A stretch of DNA of 64,000 nucleotides, taken from assembly GCA_964635655.1 (NCBI GenBank), contig CAZWOC010000004.1:29521-93520 (forward strand). The letters run 5' to 3'. The stretch is from an uncultured Rikenella sp. Lineage in GTDB: Bacteria; Bacteroidota; Bacteroidia; Bacteroidales; VadinHA17. This document shows, piece after piece, positions 9,201 to 18,594 of this stretch (positions are counted from its first letter, which is position 1; every line of letters starts with the position of its first letter). Below the pieces are notes generated by a model. The model had not been told where the DNA came from and searched no databases. It saw only the letters and a program-made list of their open reading frames with translations. Both the position numbers and the translations under genes were made by a program.

Positions 9201-10694
9201 GATCAGCTCACCCTGGTGCAGAACAACACTCAGCGTATGCTGAGGCTGGTTAACCAGATACTCGACTTCAGAAAGGTGCAGAACAAAAAAATGAAACTCA
9301 GGATAGAGGAGTTCCCCCTGGGTCCGTTCATCGCAGGTATCTGCTCCGATTTCCGCAAGGCGGCAGAGGACAAGGGGATCAGGCTTACCCTCGAAGACAG
9401 TTCGGATGGTGAAAAGGTATGGGCTGACCGCGACAAGGTGGAGAAGATAGTGTTCAACCTTATTGCCAACGCCCTCAAGTTCACCCCCCGCGGAAAGAAC
9501 GTGACAGTCACAATAAGGAAAAACACTGACTCGCTTGAGCTCATTGTCGCCGACGAGGGCACAGGGCTCTCAAAGGAGAAGATGAAAAATCTCTTCGCCC
9601 GCTTCAGCAGTGATGACAGGGAGGTAATGACCCTTCAGCCAGGCACAGGAATCGGCCTTTCACTCAGCAGGGAACTTGCTGAACTTCACCGTGCTGAGCT
9701 GACGGCAGAGAGCGAGGAAGGCAAGGGTGCCACCTTCCGTGTTATCTTCAGGCTGGGATTCTCACACTTTGACAATGAGACGGAATTCGTCATTGCAGAC
9801 GGACAGAACCCGCTGAGGTCACGTCAGAAATCAGAAATAATCCAGGAAGGAGACGAAGACCTGGAAACAGGGGATGATGCCGATGACGAACCGGTCCTGC
9901 TGTTTATCGAAGACAATGAGGAGCTGCGCAGTTTTATCAAGATCATTCTTTCCGACGGCTTCCACGTAATTGAGGCAGGCAACGGTCTGGAAGGATTCGA
10001 GATAGCCCGCAGCCAGCTGCCGGACATCATAATCACTGACCTGATGATGCCCGAGATGGACGGTCTTGAACTCGCCCGCAAAATAAAGGAGGAGGTCACC
10101 ACCTCTCACATTCCTGTCGTAGTACTGACAGCCAGAACAGATCTTGACACCCAGGTGGAGGCGCTTAAGAGGGGAGCAGACGACTTCATCGCAAAGCCCT
10201 TCAGCTCAACATACCTCAGGGCCAGGATTGAAAACATACTGCAGCAAAGGAGGAAGCTGCAGGAGTTGTTCCTTTCATCCCTTGCCAATTTCCCAAAGTC
10301 AAAGGCCGGGAAATCAGTTGATATAACTCCCGCAGAACCTGTTATTGAATCATACGATGACAGACTCATGAAGAATCTGATGGAGGTGATGGAGGAGAAT
10401 ATAGACAATTCGAACCTCACTGTTGATGAGCTCGTTTCAAAAATAGGGATCGGCAGATCGGTCTTTTTCAAGAAACTGAAGAGTCTTACAGGACTGGCAC
10501 CTGTGGAATTCATCAGGGAGGTAAGGGTCAAGCGAGCCGCTCAGCTGATAGAGTCAGGCGAGTATACGATCTCTCAGGTAACCTATATGGTAGGCTGCAA
10601 TGACCCTCGCTACTTCTCACGCATTTTCAAGCAGCGCTTCGGGATCACCCCCTCGGAATACCGTGACAGGCATATGAGACAAAAACAGGGCTGA
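6240..10694 (+). CDS. Hybrid two-component system sensor kinase/response regulator with AraC-type HTH (HTCS)
   Basis: The track ORF starts at a TTG (6225); the ATG at 6240 is the likely start. Has a long periplasmic propeller-like region and a TM segment (ILIVLISAALIALAIYVIF). Also has the H-box FTDISHELRTPLT, a G-box GTGIGLSLS, a receiver domain (LLFIEDNEE...ITDLMMPEMDG...KPF) and a C-terminal YFSRIFKQRFGITPSEYR HTH. Confidence 0.9.
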   Translation: MRITARNTVLLLLILTAPFPTIYGQFKSAFTHYSVEDGLSEGVVLTMHQDHEGLMWFGTFDGLNRFDGYSFKVYKSGFNSSYGLTNNRVDRITEDDLGYLWIMNNDGEVYRMNTRTEEFINFNEVSSVGPGNYTPVNQIYCFSGGETWLQTEAGTCIRVISTASSPEYRIDRFECGNGNETRARVKLISRDSRGTVWILTSGGLFSVRGDDKTPLPALAGNNRPGVSNGFFCIHEAGGRLWFGSGNGSIIVTDDDAAIYEEMNLGVTSDIISIRPLNQRELIILTSGDGFFIYSPVTGEKKQFDTSRYPVMPTNRMVSVYVDRYGEAWIETAAGGVTHYDPFSGTVSHFRMNVDKTNPNVLLPSFVIFEDVNDMLWVYPRGGGFSRYNRVERKLEYFFNEPGTAGRRFPNLIHSALSDNQGNLWMCTITRGIEKVSFFPNLFRVMSPKPVTASHSENEVRAIFEDNNRFLWAATRDGRVYLFDRERKMVGYLRDNGTFTSGEPFKALVYVITQDSRGNIWMGSKGEGLFRLEPLATGPSRRYRITGYRHDDADPYSLSHDNVYSVHEDPGGRIWVGTFNGGLNYISEENGKIRFINSNNRLASYPYSNHKRVRYITSDNHDRIWVGTTSGLVIFSRNFGEPEEAKFTTCFFDPQSETSLANNDVHYIYCSPDDEIFVATFGGGLNRVIGNGEKPEFKSYTVRTGAPDDVILSIVDDLNGNLWLSSERGILKFNKQAESFEIYSEQSGVEKRYFSEATGLRTSDNEIMFGFDSGIYCFNPAQVRKVNYVPPLYFTRLSVSGTDVHTAGATPSPAGGEGDQTTLELKPDQKSLTIEYAALDYRNPKNIQYAHRLEGVDPDWIIASGQRVASYTNLDPGVYLFSVRSTNSDGIWVDNTRTISVTVMPSFWQTLLAKILIVLISAALIALAIYVIFTMYKLRHKVEVEQIITNLKLKFFTDISHELRTPLTLISSPVTNILQHNSLEPEVRDQLTLVQNNTQRMLRLVNQILDFRKVQNKKMKLRIEEFPLGPFIAGICSDFRKAAEDKGIRLTLEDSSDGEKVWADRDKVEKIVFNLIANALKFTPRGKNVTVTIRKNTDSLELIVADEGTGLSKEKMKNLFARFSSDDREVMTLQPGTGIGLSLSRELAELHRAELTAESEEGKGATFRVIFRLGFSHFDNETEFVIADGQNPLRSRQKSEIIQEGDEDLETGDDADDEPVLLFIEDNEELRSFIKIILSDGFHVIEAGNGLEGFEIARSQLPDIIITDLMMPEMDGLELARKIKEEVTTSHIPVVVLTARTDLDTQVEALKRGADDFIAKPFSSTYLRARIENILQQRRKLQELFLSSLANFPKSKAGKSVDITPAEPVIESYDDRLMKNLMEVMEENIDNSNLTVDELVSKIGIGRSVFFKKLKSLTGLAPVEFIREVRVKRAAQLIESGEYTISQVTYMVGCNDPRYFSRIFKQRFGITPSEYRDRHMRQKQG

Positions 10695-10715
10695 AACGGA
10701 CAAATAATCAACACA

Positions 10716-11918
10716 ATGATAAAAAGAGCACATGCACTTCTTGCAGGTTTGATTGCATTAACCGTTTTCATCTCCTGCGGGAGCAACAGGAACCGCGGAC
10801 TTGATTCACCCCTCTGGTCGGTCAGGATGGCAGAGTCTGAGATGATCCGTAACCCGTCGCTCTGGATGGTCGATTTCGTCACTGAAAAAAAATGGAATTA
10901 CACCCAGGGTCTGATGGGGCTCGCTTTCCTGAAGCTCAATGAGGCAACCGGTGACGGACGGTACTATGACTATGCAAAAGGATATGCCGATTCGCTGATT
11001 GATGCTGAGGGCAACATCTTGAAATATAACATGGACAACTTCAACATTGACCAGGTCAATCCGGGCAAGATGATGTTCATTCTTTATGATCGCTCGGGTG
11101 ATCCCAGGTATGAAAAGGTGATCAAAACTCTTTACGAACAGCTTCAAAATCAGCCCCGGATAGCCGAAGGCGGATTCTGGCACAAGAAGATCTACCCGGA
11201 ACAGATGTGGCTTGACGGTCTTTACATGGGCGCTCCATTCTATGCCGAGTATGCCCTCAGGTATAATCAGCCTCAGAATTTTTGTGATGTTGTAAACCAG
11301 TTCCTGATTGTGGCTGCCAGAACTTATGATCCTGCCACCGGACTATACAGGCACGCCTTCGATGCCTCCATAAAGATGGCATGGGCCGATAGCATCACAG
11401 GCCAGGCGCCACATGCCTGGGGCCGGGCCATGGGATGGTTCTCCATGGCAATCGTCGATGCCCTGGACTTCCTCCCTGAAGAGCAGACAGGGAGGGATCA
11501 GCTGATTGGAATACTCGGAAATATGGTGAACAGGCTGGCTGAGATCCAGGATCCCGCAACGGGCGGATGGTACCAGGTGCTTGACAGGTCGGGCGATGAG
11601 GGAAATTATATTGAGACATCGTGCACCGCCATGTTTACATATTCAATATTCAAGGGAGTCAGGAAGGGATACCTTGACAGTAAATTCCTGGCTGTGGCTG
11701 ACAAAGCCTACAAGGGTCTCCTTGACAATTTCATAGTCACGAATACTGACGGAACAGTTACAATGAAAAATATCTGCGGTGTGGCCGGTCTGGGCGGTGA
11801 CCCCTACCGCGACGGCTCATATGAATATTATATAGGAGAAGTGATCCGCGATAATGACCCCAAGGGTGTCGGGCCCTTCATCCTCGCCAGCCTTGAATAC
11901 GAGATGATTCAGGAATAG
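10716..11918 (+). CDS. GH105-type unsaturated rhamnogalacturonyl/galacturonyl hydrolase (Glyco_hydro_88 fold), exported lipoprotein
   Basis: 400 aa with a lipoprotein-like signal (VFISCGS). Blocks WNYTQGL, MWLDGLYMG and WGRAMGW are typical of the YteR/GH105 family. Located in a pectin PUL. Confidence 0.75.
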   Translation: MIKRAHALLAGLIALTVFISCGSNRNRGLDSPLWSVRMAESEMIRNPSLWMVDFVTEKKWNYTQGLMGLAFLKLNEATGDGRYYDYAKGYADSLIDAEGNILKYNMDNFNIDQVNPGKMMFILYDRSGDPRYEKVIKTLYEQLQNQPRIAEGGFWHKKIYPEQMWLDGLYMGAPFYAEYALRYNQPQNFCDVVNQFLIVAARTYDPATGLYRHAFDASIKMAWADSITGQAPHAWGRAMGWFSMAIVDALDFLPEEQTGRDQLIGILGNMVNRLAEIQDPATGGWYQVLDRSGDEGNYIETSCTAMFTYSIFKGVRKGYLDSKFLAVADKAYKGLLDNFIVTNTDGTVTMKNICGVAGLGGDPYRDGSYEYYIGEVIRDNDPKGVGPFILASLEYEMIQE

Positions 11919-11929
11919 ACTGAAAGCCC

Positions 11930-11957
11930 CGGTACCACTCGGGTGCCGAGTTTTCGT
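11930..11957 (+). terminator. Weak hairpin plus U-tract after the GH105 gene
   Basis: CGGTACC (11930-11936), loop ACTCG, GGTGCCG (11942-11948; one G-U pair), then AGTTTTCG. Confidence 0.35.
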
Positions 11958-11985
11958 CCCACATCAGACAGAGCGCAGCGACAGC

Positions 11986-12033
11986 CTTCAGATCTCAGAC
12001 TCTCAGACTCTCAGACCCTCAGACTCTCAGACC
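11986..12033 (+). repeat. Tandem 8-bp repeat, CTCAGAC(T/C) x5 plus one degenerate unit
   Basis: Read directly: CTTCAGAT CTCAGACT CTCAGACT CTCAGACC CTCAGACT CTCAGACC. This is the exact reverse complement of the units at 57905-57920. Confidence 0.95.
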
Positions 12034-12103
12034 TCTCCCCCCTCCGGCCAATTTATCCACCCTTTTGCCAAAAAAGTGTACCCCCGGGCACAGGTTGATG
12101 CCA

Positions 12104-12111
12104 TAACTTTG
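12104..12111 (+). promoter_or_regulatory. Bacteroidota-type -7 promoter box (TAnnTTTG) upstream of susC-like gene 1
   Basis: TAACTTTG is a perfect match to TAnnTTTG, 45 nt upstream of the ATG at 12156. No well-spaced -33 TTTG was seen. Confidence 0.4.
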
Positions 12112-12155
12112 ATATTGAACTATTCAACACCCTAATCGACACTAAACTGACAACT

Positions 12156-15100
12156 ATGTTGAAGAACAAACACTTTTTCAGAAAAATGGCGCTCCTTATC
12201 ATCCTGCTCACAGCAGGGATAATGGTCCAGGCACAGACAAGGACCATCCGGGGCACCGTCACAGGGGCTGCAGGTGAAAGACTGAGCGGCGTCACCGTCA
12301 GCGTTCCGGGAACCACATCCGGCACCCTGACAGATGCCGACGGTTTCTATACCCTTTCAGTGCCTGCTGATGCGACAACTATCCAGTTCTCCTTCATCGG
12401 CCTTGCTCCGGTGAAAGAGATTATAGGCAACAGAACGACTATCGATGTCGTGATGCAGGAGAGTACCCTTGCACTTGACGAGATAGTGGTTGTGGGGTAC
12501 GGTACCGTAAAGAAGAGAGACCTTACAGGGTCAGTTTCCTCAGTACGCCCCGACGAGATAGTCAAAACAGCATCGAGCAACGCCCTCCAATCGATTCAGG
12601 GCAAAGTGGCCGGCCTTGACATAACCCGTGAGAGCGGTGAGACCGGTTCCGAAATAAACATGACCCTCCGGGGAGTAAGATCAATCAACGCTTCCAACTC
12701 ACCCCTGTTCCTGGTTGACGGAGTCGAGTACGGTTCCACCCTCGACATCAACCCCTCAGACATTGCATCAATTGAGGTGCTGAAAGATGCATCCTCAACA
12801 GCAATCTACGGTACAAGAGGTGCAAACGGCGTGATTATTATCACGACAAAAAGGGGTGATGCCGCCGCAGGCGGGAAATCAACCGTCTCGCTGAACAGCT
12901 ATATCTCAATAAACTCACCCACCAACCTGCCAAAACTGATGGATGTGGAAAAGGACTACCTGTTCATGGCTGAACGTCTTCGCTATGCGGCTGAAAATGT
13001 GGCCGACACATGGGGGCAGACCAGCCTCTCAAGCTATCCGCCCGCGACAGTCCTCTCTGATGTGCTTTCATCCCCGTGGGAGAAGACAGTGCTCGACCTC
13101 TACAATGAGGGCGGAGTCAACTGGTTTGACCTGGTAATGCAAAACTCAGTGACCCAGAATTACGAGCTGTCAGCTTCGGGAGGGTCGGATAAGACATCTT
13201 ATATAATAAGTCTTGGTTTCATGGATGAGAATGGGCTGCTGAAGAATGATAATCTTAAAAGGTATAACGGCAGGGTCAATGTCACCCAGAAAATTTCAGA
13301 AGCATTTACGGCCGGGGCTAACCTGCAGTTCACCTACCGCGACTGGGACCGCAGGGAGGACAATGTCTATACACAGCTGATCAAGATGCATGCAATGGCT
13401 CAGCCGTACCTGGCTGACGGAACCATCCTTGACCGTCCCTCAGAGCTGGCTGTAAGCCATACTAACCCGCTCCTCAATGAGGTGGAAGGCTTTTATTCAA
13501 ATAATACACTCTCAAGCCGTCTGTTCGGAAATGTCTTCGTCACATATGACATCTTAAGCGGGCTTCAGTTTAAAACCTCACTGGGTATTGACGGGCAGTC
13601 GGGCCGCCAGGGGATCTATGAAGATTACATGTGCACCGCAAACTACCAGTTCGGCCGTGGTTCATACCTGTCAACCGAGAATGACCAGACAATGAAGTGG
13701 GTCCTTGAGAATACCCTTACTTATACTACCGCAGTAGGCGGAAACAGCGAATTGCAGATCCTGGCCGGACAGGCAGCCCAGAGGGAAAAATACGAGTCGC
13801 ACAGGATCTATGGCTTCGGCCTGCAGGACCATTATACAAAGACCTCCTTCTACTTCCTCCAGAACATTCTTTCATCGGGACGGCAACTGGAAGACATCTA
13901 TACTGAAAGCTCCCTCCTCTCCTGGTTCGGCAGAGTCAATTACAAGCTTCTGAACAGGTACCTCTTCACAGCCACACTCCGTGCAGACGGATCATCGGTG
14001 CTTGCAGAAGGCAACAAATGGGCAAGCTTCCCCTCCGTGGCTGCTGCATGGGTAATCTCTGAGGAGCCATTCATGAGCAGTGTGCCGGTAGACCTCCTCA
14101 AGCTCCGTCTGAGCTGGGGAAAAGCCGGCAACTCGGCTGTCGACCCCTATATGACAAAGACACGGTTGGGATCGACACTGGTACCCTATACATTCGGAAG
14201 CACCTTATATAACGGGATGCTTCCGGCAGTGCTCGGCAACCCGGATGTGACCTGGGAGACCACTTCAACCTATGATGCAGGGATTGACCTCTCCCTCTGG
14301 AAGGAAAGACTTTCACTGGTTCTCGATGCATACTATTCAAAGACGTCAGACCTGCTTCTCTACAAGGGTCTGCCTGCCACATCGGTTTACCCGCAGGTAC
14401 TTGCCAACGTAGGTGAGACCGAGAACATCGGTTTCGAGGCTTCGGTAAATGCCCGGGTGATTGAAACTGAAGACTTCCTGTGGTCATCTGACTTTACCTT
14501 CGCAACAAACCGCGACAGGATACTTGCACTGGCCAGCGGCGAAGACCGGGATGTTTCAATACCGGACAATGCACTCGTTGTTGGTGAACCGGTAAGGGCC
14601 TTCTACAACTATGAAGCTGACGGATGCTGGAGCATAGCAGAGGCTGCCACCGCGGCCCTGTACAACCGCGTGCCGGGTGACATAAAGATCGTCGATGCCA
14701 ATAATGACACGCTGATCAGTGACCTTGACAAAAGGCTTTATAATAAAAGCCCGCAGTTCATACTCAGCTGGAACAACTCCGTGTCATACAAGGGCATAAC
14801 CCTTTCAGGACAGCTCTTTGCAAGAGTCGGACAGTGGATACAGTATGCATATAATACAGCATATAAGCCCACCGAGCAGGATGGCTCTCCCGATGTCGAC
14901 TTCTGGACACCTGAAAACCAGGATGCAAAATTCCCAAGGCCGGGAATAGCATCCCAGAACGACATGCCTGCACTGGCGTTTGAAAAAGCATCATTTCTGA
15001 AACTGCGCGAGGTGACTCTTGCCTACAACCTTCCCCGGAAGCTCATTTCAAGGGCAGGCATAAGCAACCTGAGAGTCTATGGTTCACTCCAGAACTTCCT

Positions 15101-15200
15101 TACCTTCAGCAACCTTGACAACTATGACCCTGAACGGGGCGGCAGCATCGCAAACCCGATGGCAAAACATATGGTGTTTGGTATCAACCTGGACTTTTAA
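12156..15200 (+). CDS. susC: SusC/RagA-family TonB-dependent outer-membrane transporter (PUL 1)
   Basis: 1014 aa. Has a signal peptide, a carboxypeptidase-regulatory-like N-domain (IRGTVTGAAGERLSGVTVSV), the VVVGYGTVKKRDLTGSV and IEVLKDASSTAIYGTRGANGVIIITTKRG plug motifs, and a C-terminal aromatic residue. Followed by a SusD-like gene. Confidence 0.95.
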   Translation: MLKNKHFFRKMALLIILLTAGIMVQAQTRTIRGTVTGAAGERLSGVTVSVPGTTSGTLTDADGFYTLSVPADATTIQFSFIGLAPVKEIIGNRTTIDVVMQESTLALDEIVVVGYGTVKKRDLTGSVSSVRPDEIVKTASSNALQSIQGKVAGLDITRESGETGSEINMTLRGVRSINASNSPLFLVDGVEYGSTLDINPSDIASIEVLKDASSTAIYGTRGANGVIIITTKRGDAAAGGKSTVSLNSYISINSPTNLPKLMDVEKDYLFMAERLRYAAENVADTWGQTSLSSYPPATVLSDVLSSPWEKTVLDLYNEGGVNWFDLVMQNSVTQNYELSASGGSDKTSYIISLGFMDENGLLKNDNLKRYNGRVNVTQKISEAFTAGANLQFTYRDWDRREDNVYTQLIKMHAMAQPYLADGTILDRPSELAVSHTNPLLNEVEGFYSNNTLSSRLFGNVFVTYDILSGLQFKTSLGIDGQSGRQGIYEDYMCTANYQFGRGSYLSTENDQTMKWVLENTLTYTTAVGGNSELQILAGQAAQREKYESHRIYGFGLQDHYTKTSFYFLQNILSSGRQLEDIYTESSLLSWFGRVNYKLLNRYLFTATLRADGSSVLAEGNKWASFPSVAAAWVISEEPFMSSVPVDLLKLRLSWGKAGNSAVDPYMTKTRLGSTLVPYTFGSTLYNGMLPAVLGNPDVTWETTSTYDAGIDLSLWKERLSLVLDAYYSKTSDLLLYKGLPATSVYPQVLANVGETENIGFEASVNARVIETEDFLWSSDFTFATNRDRILALASGEDRDVSIPDNALVVGEPVRAFYNYEADGCWSIAEAATAALYNRVPGDIKIVDANNDTLISDLDKRLYNKSPQFILSWNNSVSYKGITLSGQLFARVGQWIQYAYNTAYKPTEQDGSPDVDFWTPENQDAKFPRPGIASQNDMPALAFEKASFLKLREVTLAYNLPRKLISRAGISNLRVYGSLQNFLTFSNLDNYDPERGGSIANPMAKHMVFGINLDF

Positions 15201-15225
15201 CAGACTCCCCGAAAAACAAGAATCA

Positions 15226-17187
15226 ATGAAAACACAGATAAGACAACTGATACTCGTGCTTCTGCTTGTAACAGTGGCAGGCACGTCATGTACGGACTTC
15301 CTCGAGGAGAACAACCGTACAAGCAACACCGAGGATATCCTTTACTCATCAAAGAGCGGTATAGAGGGACTTGTGGCAGCCAGCTACTCATACCTGAGAG
15401 GCTGGTATGGCAAGGAGGCGGCTATCGGGCTCAGCGAGGGAGGCACTGACACCTGGCTGACAGGCTATGACAACAGGCAGAAGGTTCTCATCAATTACTC
15501 CGGCATCACACCGGAAGTCGCCAGCTCAACCCGCGAAACCATGAACGCGTGTTTTGATGAGTACTGGGAGATGCTCTACACTGCCGTGAACGTATGCAAC
15601 ACCGGAATCAAAGCAGTCAACAACGCCGGCGAACAGGTGCTCTCTGAACTTGAAAGAGACCAGTACCTGGGTGAGCTCAAGGCTCTTCGTGCCTTCTATT
15701 ACTGGCACCTTGTGGAAACCTGGGGACCGGTTCAGATCAACAGCGAACCTGTCAGCAACATCTCAAGTGTTGCATACCGTGCTTCTGAAGAAGAGGTGTA
15801 TGAGTTTATGCTCAACGATGTTGACGAAGCCGTGGAGCACCTGCAAGCCCGGTCGGCAAAAACAGGTCGCATGAATCTCTGGGCAGCAAGAGCGCTGAGA
15901 GCAAGATTACTACTCTACAAGGCAAGTAAATTTAATGATGCAGCTTCATATACAGCCGCAGCTACGGAAGCCGAAGCAGTAATTGCAGGAAGCGGTGCAT
16001 CATTCTTCACGAACTATGCTGACTGCTGGCTCGGCGCCAACGAAGACGGCGTCAACAACCAGGAAGTGATATGGCATGTTGATTACTCAACGGAACTGGC
16101 CTTCAACATCATGCCTCCGAGGCTAAAACTCGACGCGAGCAACAAACAGATGACCTGGTCACAGATGATTCTTCGCAACGCTGCCAACGCACTGGGTGGC
16201 AATGCGTCGCATCTTATGTATACAGGTGTCTGGAACAGCGTTCCGGCCACTTCGGCAATACTCAAACGTACAGATACTGAAGCCAACAAGAATATCAACT
16301 TCAGAAGCGTGGTTTATAATGTCGGACTGAGCTACCAGCCCTACTCCAAAGGCTTTACAAGGTATGTCCCCTCTGGCTACCTGCTTGATGTCTTCAACAG
16401 GGAAACGGATCAGCGCTACCAGGCATCATTCCGCGATGTTTATTATGTGGCACCGCAATTTACAGCTGCTTTTACAGGCGGAGTAGCTCCCCCGGCCGGA
16501 TATGCGCTGATGCGCGATACTGCAATCTACCTTTCTCCCGGGACGGTTACACCTGCCCAGGTGGCACAGGCAGCCAACAGGTATGTACTCTTCTCAAGGA
16601 CCGACGTTGGCGACCCCGTGGTATGGCCGCTGTATGAGACCGAAGCAGCAATAATGCCTACAATCGCTACCTCTACCAGCGGGGTGCAGAACAACAAGGG
16701 CAACCGTATGTACATTGCATGCAAGAAGTTTGACGATTATACCGGCCTGGTAATAAGGGACCTGGGATCAAAGGATGCTTTCATCTTCAGGCTTTCGGAG
16801 ATGTATCTCATTGCAGCCGAGGGTTATATGATGGCAGGACAGTCAGGTCCGGCTGTTCAGAAGCTCAATGACCTTCGCACGGCACGTGCCATCACCGGGA
16901 AAGATAACAGTCTCACAGCATCTGAACAGGCACAGGTCTCTGCGAAAGACATTGATGTGATTCTTGACGAGAGAGCACGTGAACTGTGCGGTGAACAGCA
17001 GCGCTGGTTCGACCTCAAGCGTACCGGCACCCTGGTTGAAAGGGTCAGACTGTATAACGGCGCTGCCGCACCGAATATTCAGTCATTCCACCTCCTCAGA
17101 CCAATACCGCAGCCACAGATGGATGCCGTCACCAACAAGACCGCCGGCCCCGATCCTGAAGGCTTCTGGCAGAACACAGGCTACTGA
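15226..17187 (+). CDS. susD: SusD/RagB-family glycan-binding lipoprotein (PUL 1)
   Basis: The track ORF (from 15079) overlaps susC. The ATG at 15226 gives MKTQIRQLILVLLLVTVAGTSC, a lipoprotein signal. The C-terminal RWFDLKRTG block is typical of SusD. Confidence 0.9.
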   Translation: MKTQIRQLILVLLLVTVAGTSCTDFLEENNRTSNTEDILYSSKSGIEGLVAASYSYLRGWYGKEAAIGLSEGGTDTWLTGYDNRQKVLINYSGITPEVASSTRETMNACFDEYWEMLYTAVNVCNTGIKAVNNAGEQVLSELERDQYLGELKALRAFYYWHLVETWGPVQINSEPVSNISSVAYRASEEEVYEFMLNDVDEAVEHLQARSAKTGRMNLWAARALRARLLLYKASKFNDAASYTAAATEAEAVIAGSGASFFTNYADCWLGANEDGVNNQEVIWHVDYSTELAFNIMPPRLKLDASNKQMTWSQMILRNAANALGGNASHLMYTGVWNSVPATSAILKRTDTEANKNINFRSVVYNVGLSYQPYSKGFTRYVPSGYLLDVFNRETDQRYQASFRDVYYVAPQFTAAFTGGVAPPAGYALMRDTAIYLSPGTVTPAQVAQAANRYVLFSRTDVGDPVVWPLYETEAAIMPTIATSTSGVQNNKGNRMYIACKKFDDYTGLVIRDLGSKDAFIFRLSEMYLIAAEGYMMAGQSGPAVQKLNDLRTARAITGKDNSLTASEQAQVSAKDIDVILDERARELCGEQQRWFDLKRTGTLVERVRLYNGAAAPNIQSFHLLRPIPQPQMDAVTNKTAGPDPEGFWQNTGY

Positions 17188-17189
17188 TC

Positions 17190-18584
17190 ATGAGACGTTT
17201 TACCCCATGTCTTCTTATCTTCCTCGTCACCGTCGTGCATGCCTGCACCGACGGTGACAGGTGGAAGATGGCTGCTGAAATTGAACAGTCTCTGCTGAGA
17301 ACTGATTTTCCTGCTGACACTTTCGATATAACCGGATACGGGGCTGTCCGCGATGACTCCTCATTTCTCAACACAGGAGCCATTGAAGCAGCAATTTTGG
17401 CCTGCAACAGCAGCGGCGGCGGAGTCGTCTATTTACCTGCAGGAACATGGCTCACCGGTCCCATAACCCTTCTGAGCAATGTCAACCTCCATGTCTCAGA
17501 GAATGCGACACTGCTCTTTTCAACTGATGGTGAGCTGTACCTGCCTCCCGTCCTGACCCGCTGGGAAGGGATGGACTGCTATAATATCCATCCGCTTATC
17601 TATGCAAACGGAGCCTCTAATATCGCCCTGACCGGGAAGGGCACAATTGACGGCCAGGCCTCCAACGAAGCATGGTGGTGGATGAACGGTAATCCCGATT
17701 ACGGATGGAAAGAAGGTATGAATAACCAGAAACTGTCAGGGAGGGCACAGCTGCTTGGATTCGAACAGAGCCAGGCCCCTGTGGAACAGCGCCGTTTCGG
17801 CCTCGAAGGAGCCCTGAGGCCGCAACTGGTGAACTTCATGAACTGCAACACGGTACTGATAGATAATCTTACACTGCGTAACTCCCCTTTCTGGGTCATC
17901 CATCCGGTTCTGACTGACAATATCATCCTGCGAGGGGTGACAATCGAAAGTGCCGGGCCGAATTCAGACGGATGTGATCCTGAATCATGCAATGGCGTTC
18001 TGATCGAGGACTGCTATTTCGATACCGGGGATGACTGCATTGCAATCAAGTCAGGTCGCAATAATGACGGCCGCAGATGGTCAGTACCGTCGAAAAACAT
18101 AATTGTACGAAAGTGCCGCATGGCTGACGGACACGGAGGGGTAGTGATCGGAAGCGAGATCTCGGGAGGATTTGCCAATCTCTTCGTGGAGGATTGCGAG
18201 ATGGACAGTCCTGAACTGCTGAGGGTTATAAGGATCAAGACTTCGGACTGCCGTGGAGGAGTAATTGAAAATGTGAACGTGCGCAACGTGAATGTAGGCA
18301 AGTGCGAAGAGGCTGTACTGAAGATCAACCTGATGTATGAACCCCAGGAGAACTGCCGGAGGGATTTTCCTCCTTATGTAAGGAATGTGACTCTTGAGAA
18401 TGTAACCTCTGATCAGAGCCGGTACGGTGTCTATATCATCGGGCTCGACAGCGCCGTGAATGTCTCGGATGTGACTGTATTGAACTGCAGCTTCAATGGT
18501 GTTGAAGAGGGAATTTCAGTCACCGGGGCTGAAAGGATCAGGTTCAGGAATTTCTTCATAAACGGAAAAAAAGTCAGGAGCTGA
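17190..18584 (+). CDS. GH28 polygalacturonase / exo-poly-alpha-galacturonosidase
   Basis: 464 aa with a lipoprotein-like signal. Carries the four GH28 signature blocks NSDGCDP, GDDCIAIKSG, GHGGVVIGSE and RIK. Confidence 0.9.
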   Translation: MRRFTPCLLIFLVTVVHACTDGDRWKMAAEIEQSLLRTDFPADTFDITGYGAVRDDSSFLNTGAIEAAILACNSSGGGVVYLPAGTWLTGPITLLSNVNLHVSENATLLFSTDGELYLPPVLTRWEGMDCYNIHPLIYANGASNIALTGKGTIDGQASNEAWWWMNGNPDYGWKEGMNNQKLSGRAQLLGFEQSQAPVEQRRFGLEGALRPQLVNFMNCNTVLIDNLTLRNSPFWVIHPVLTDNIILRGVTIESAGPNSDGCDPESCNGVLIEDCYFDTGDDCIAIKSGRNNDGRRWSVPSKNIIVRKCRMADGHGGVVIGSEISGGFANLFVEDCEMDSPELLRVIRIKTSDCRGGVIENVNVRNVNVGKCEEAVLKINLMYEPQENCRRDFPPYVRNVTLENVTSDQSRYGVYIIGLDSAVNVSDVTVLNCSFNGVEEGISVTGAERIRFRNFFINGKKVRS

Positions 18585-18594
18585 AGTGTTGGCA

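Noticed and set aside
15079-15225. N-terminal extension of the SusD-1 ORF that overlaps the end of susC-1
   Set aside because: The ATG at 15226 gives a canonical lipoprotein signal 26 nt after the susC stop. The upstream extension has no signal peptide and overlaps susC by 122 nt.
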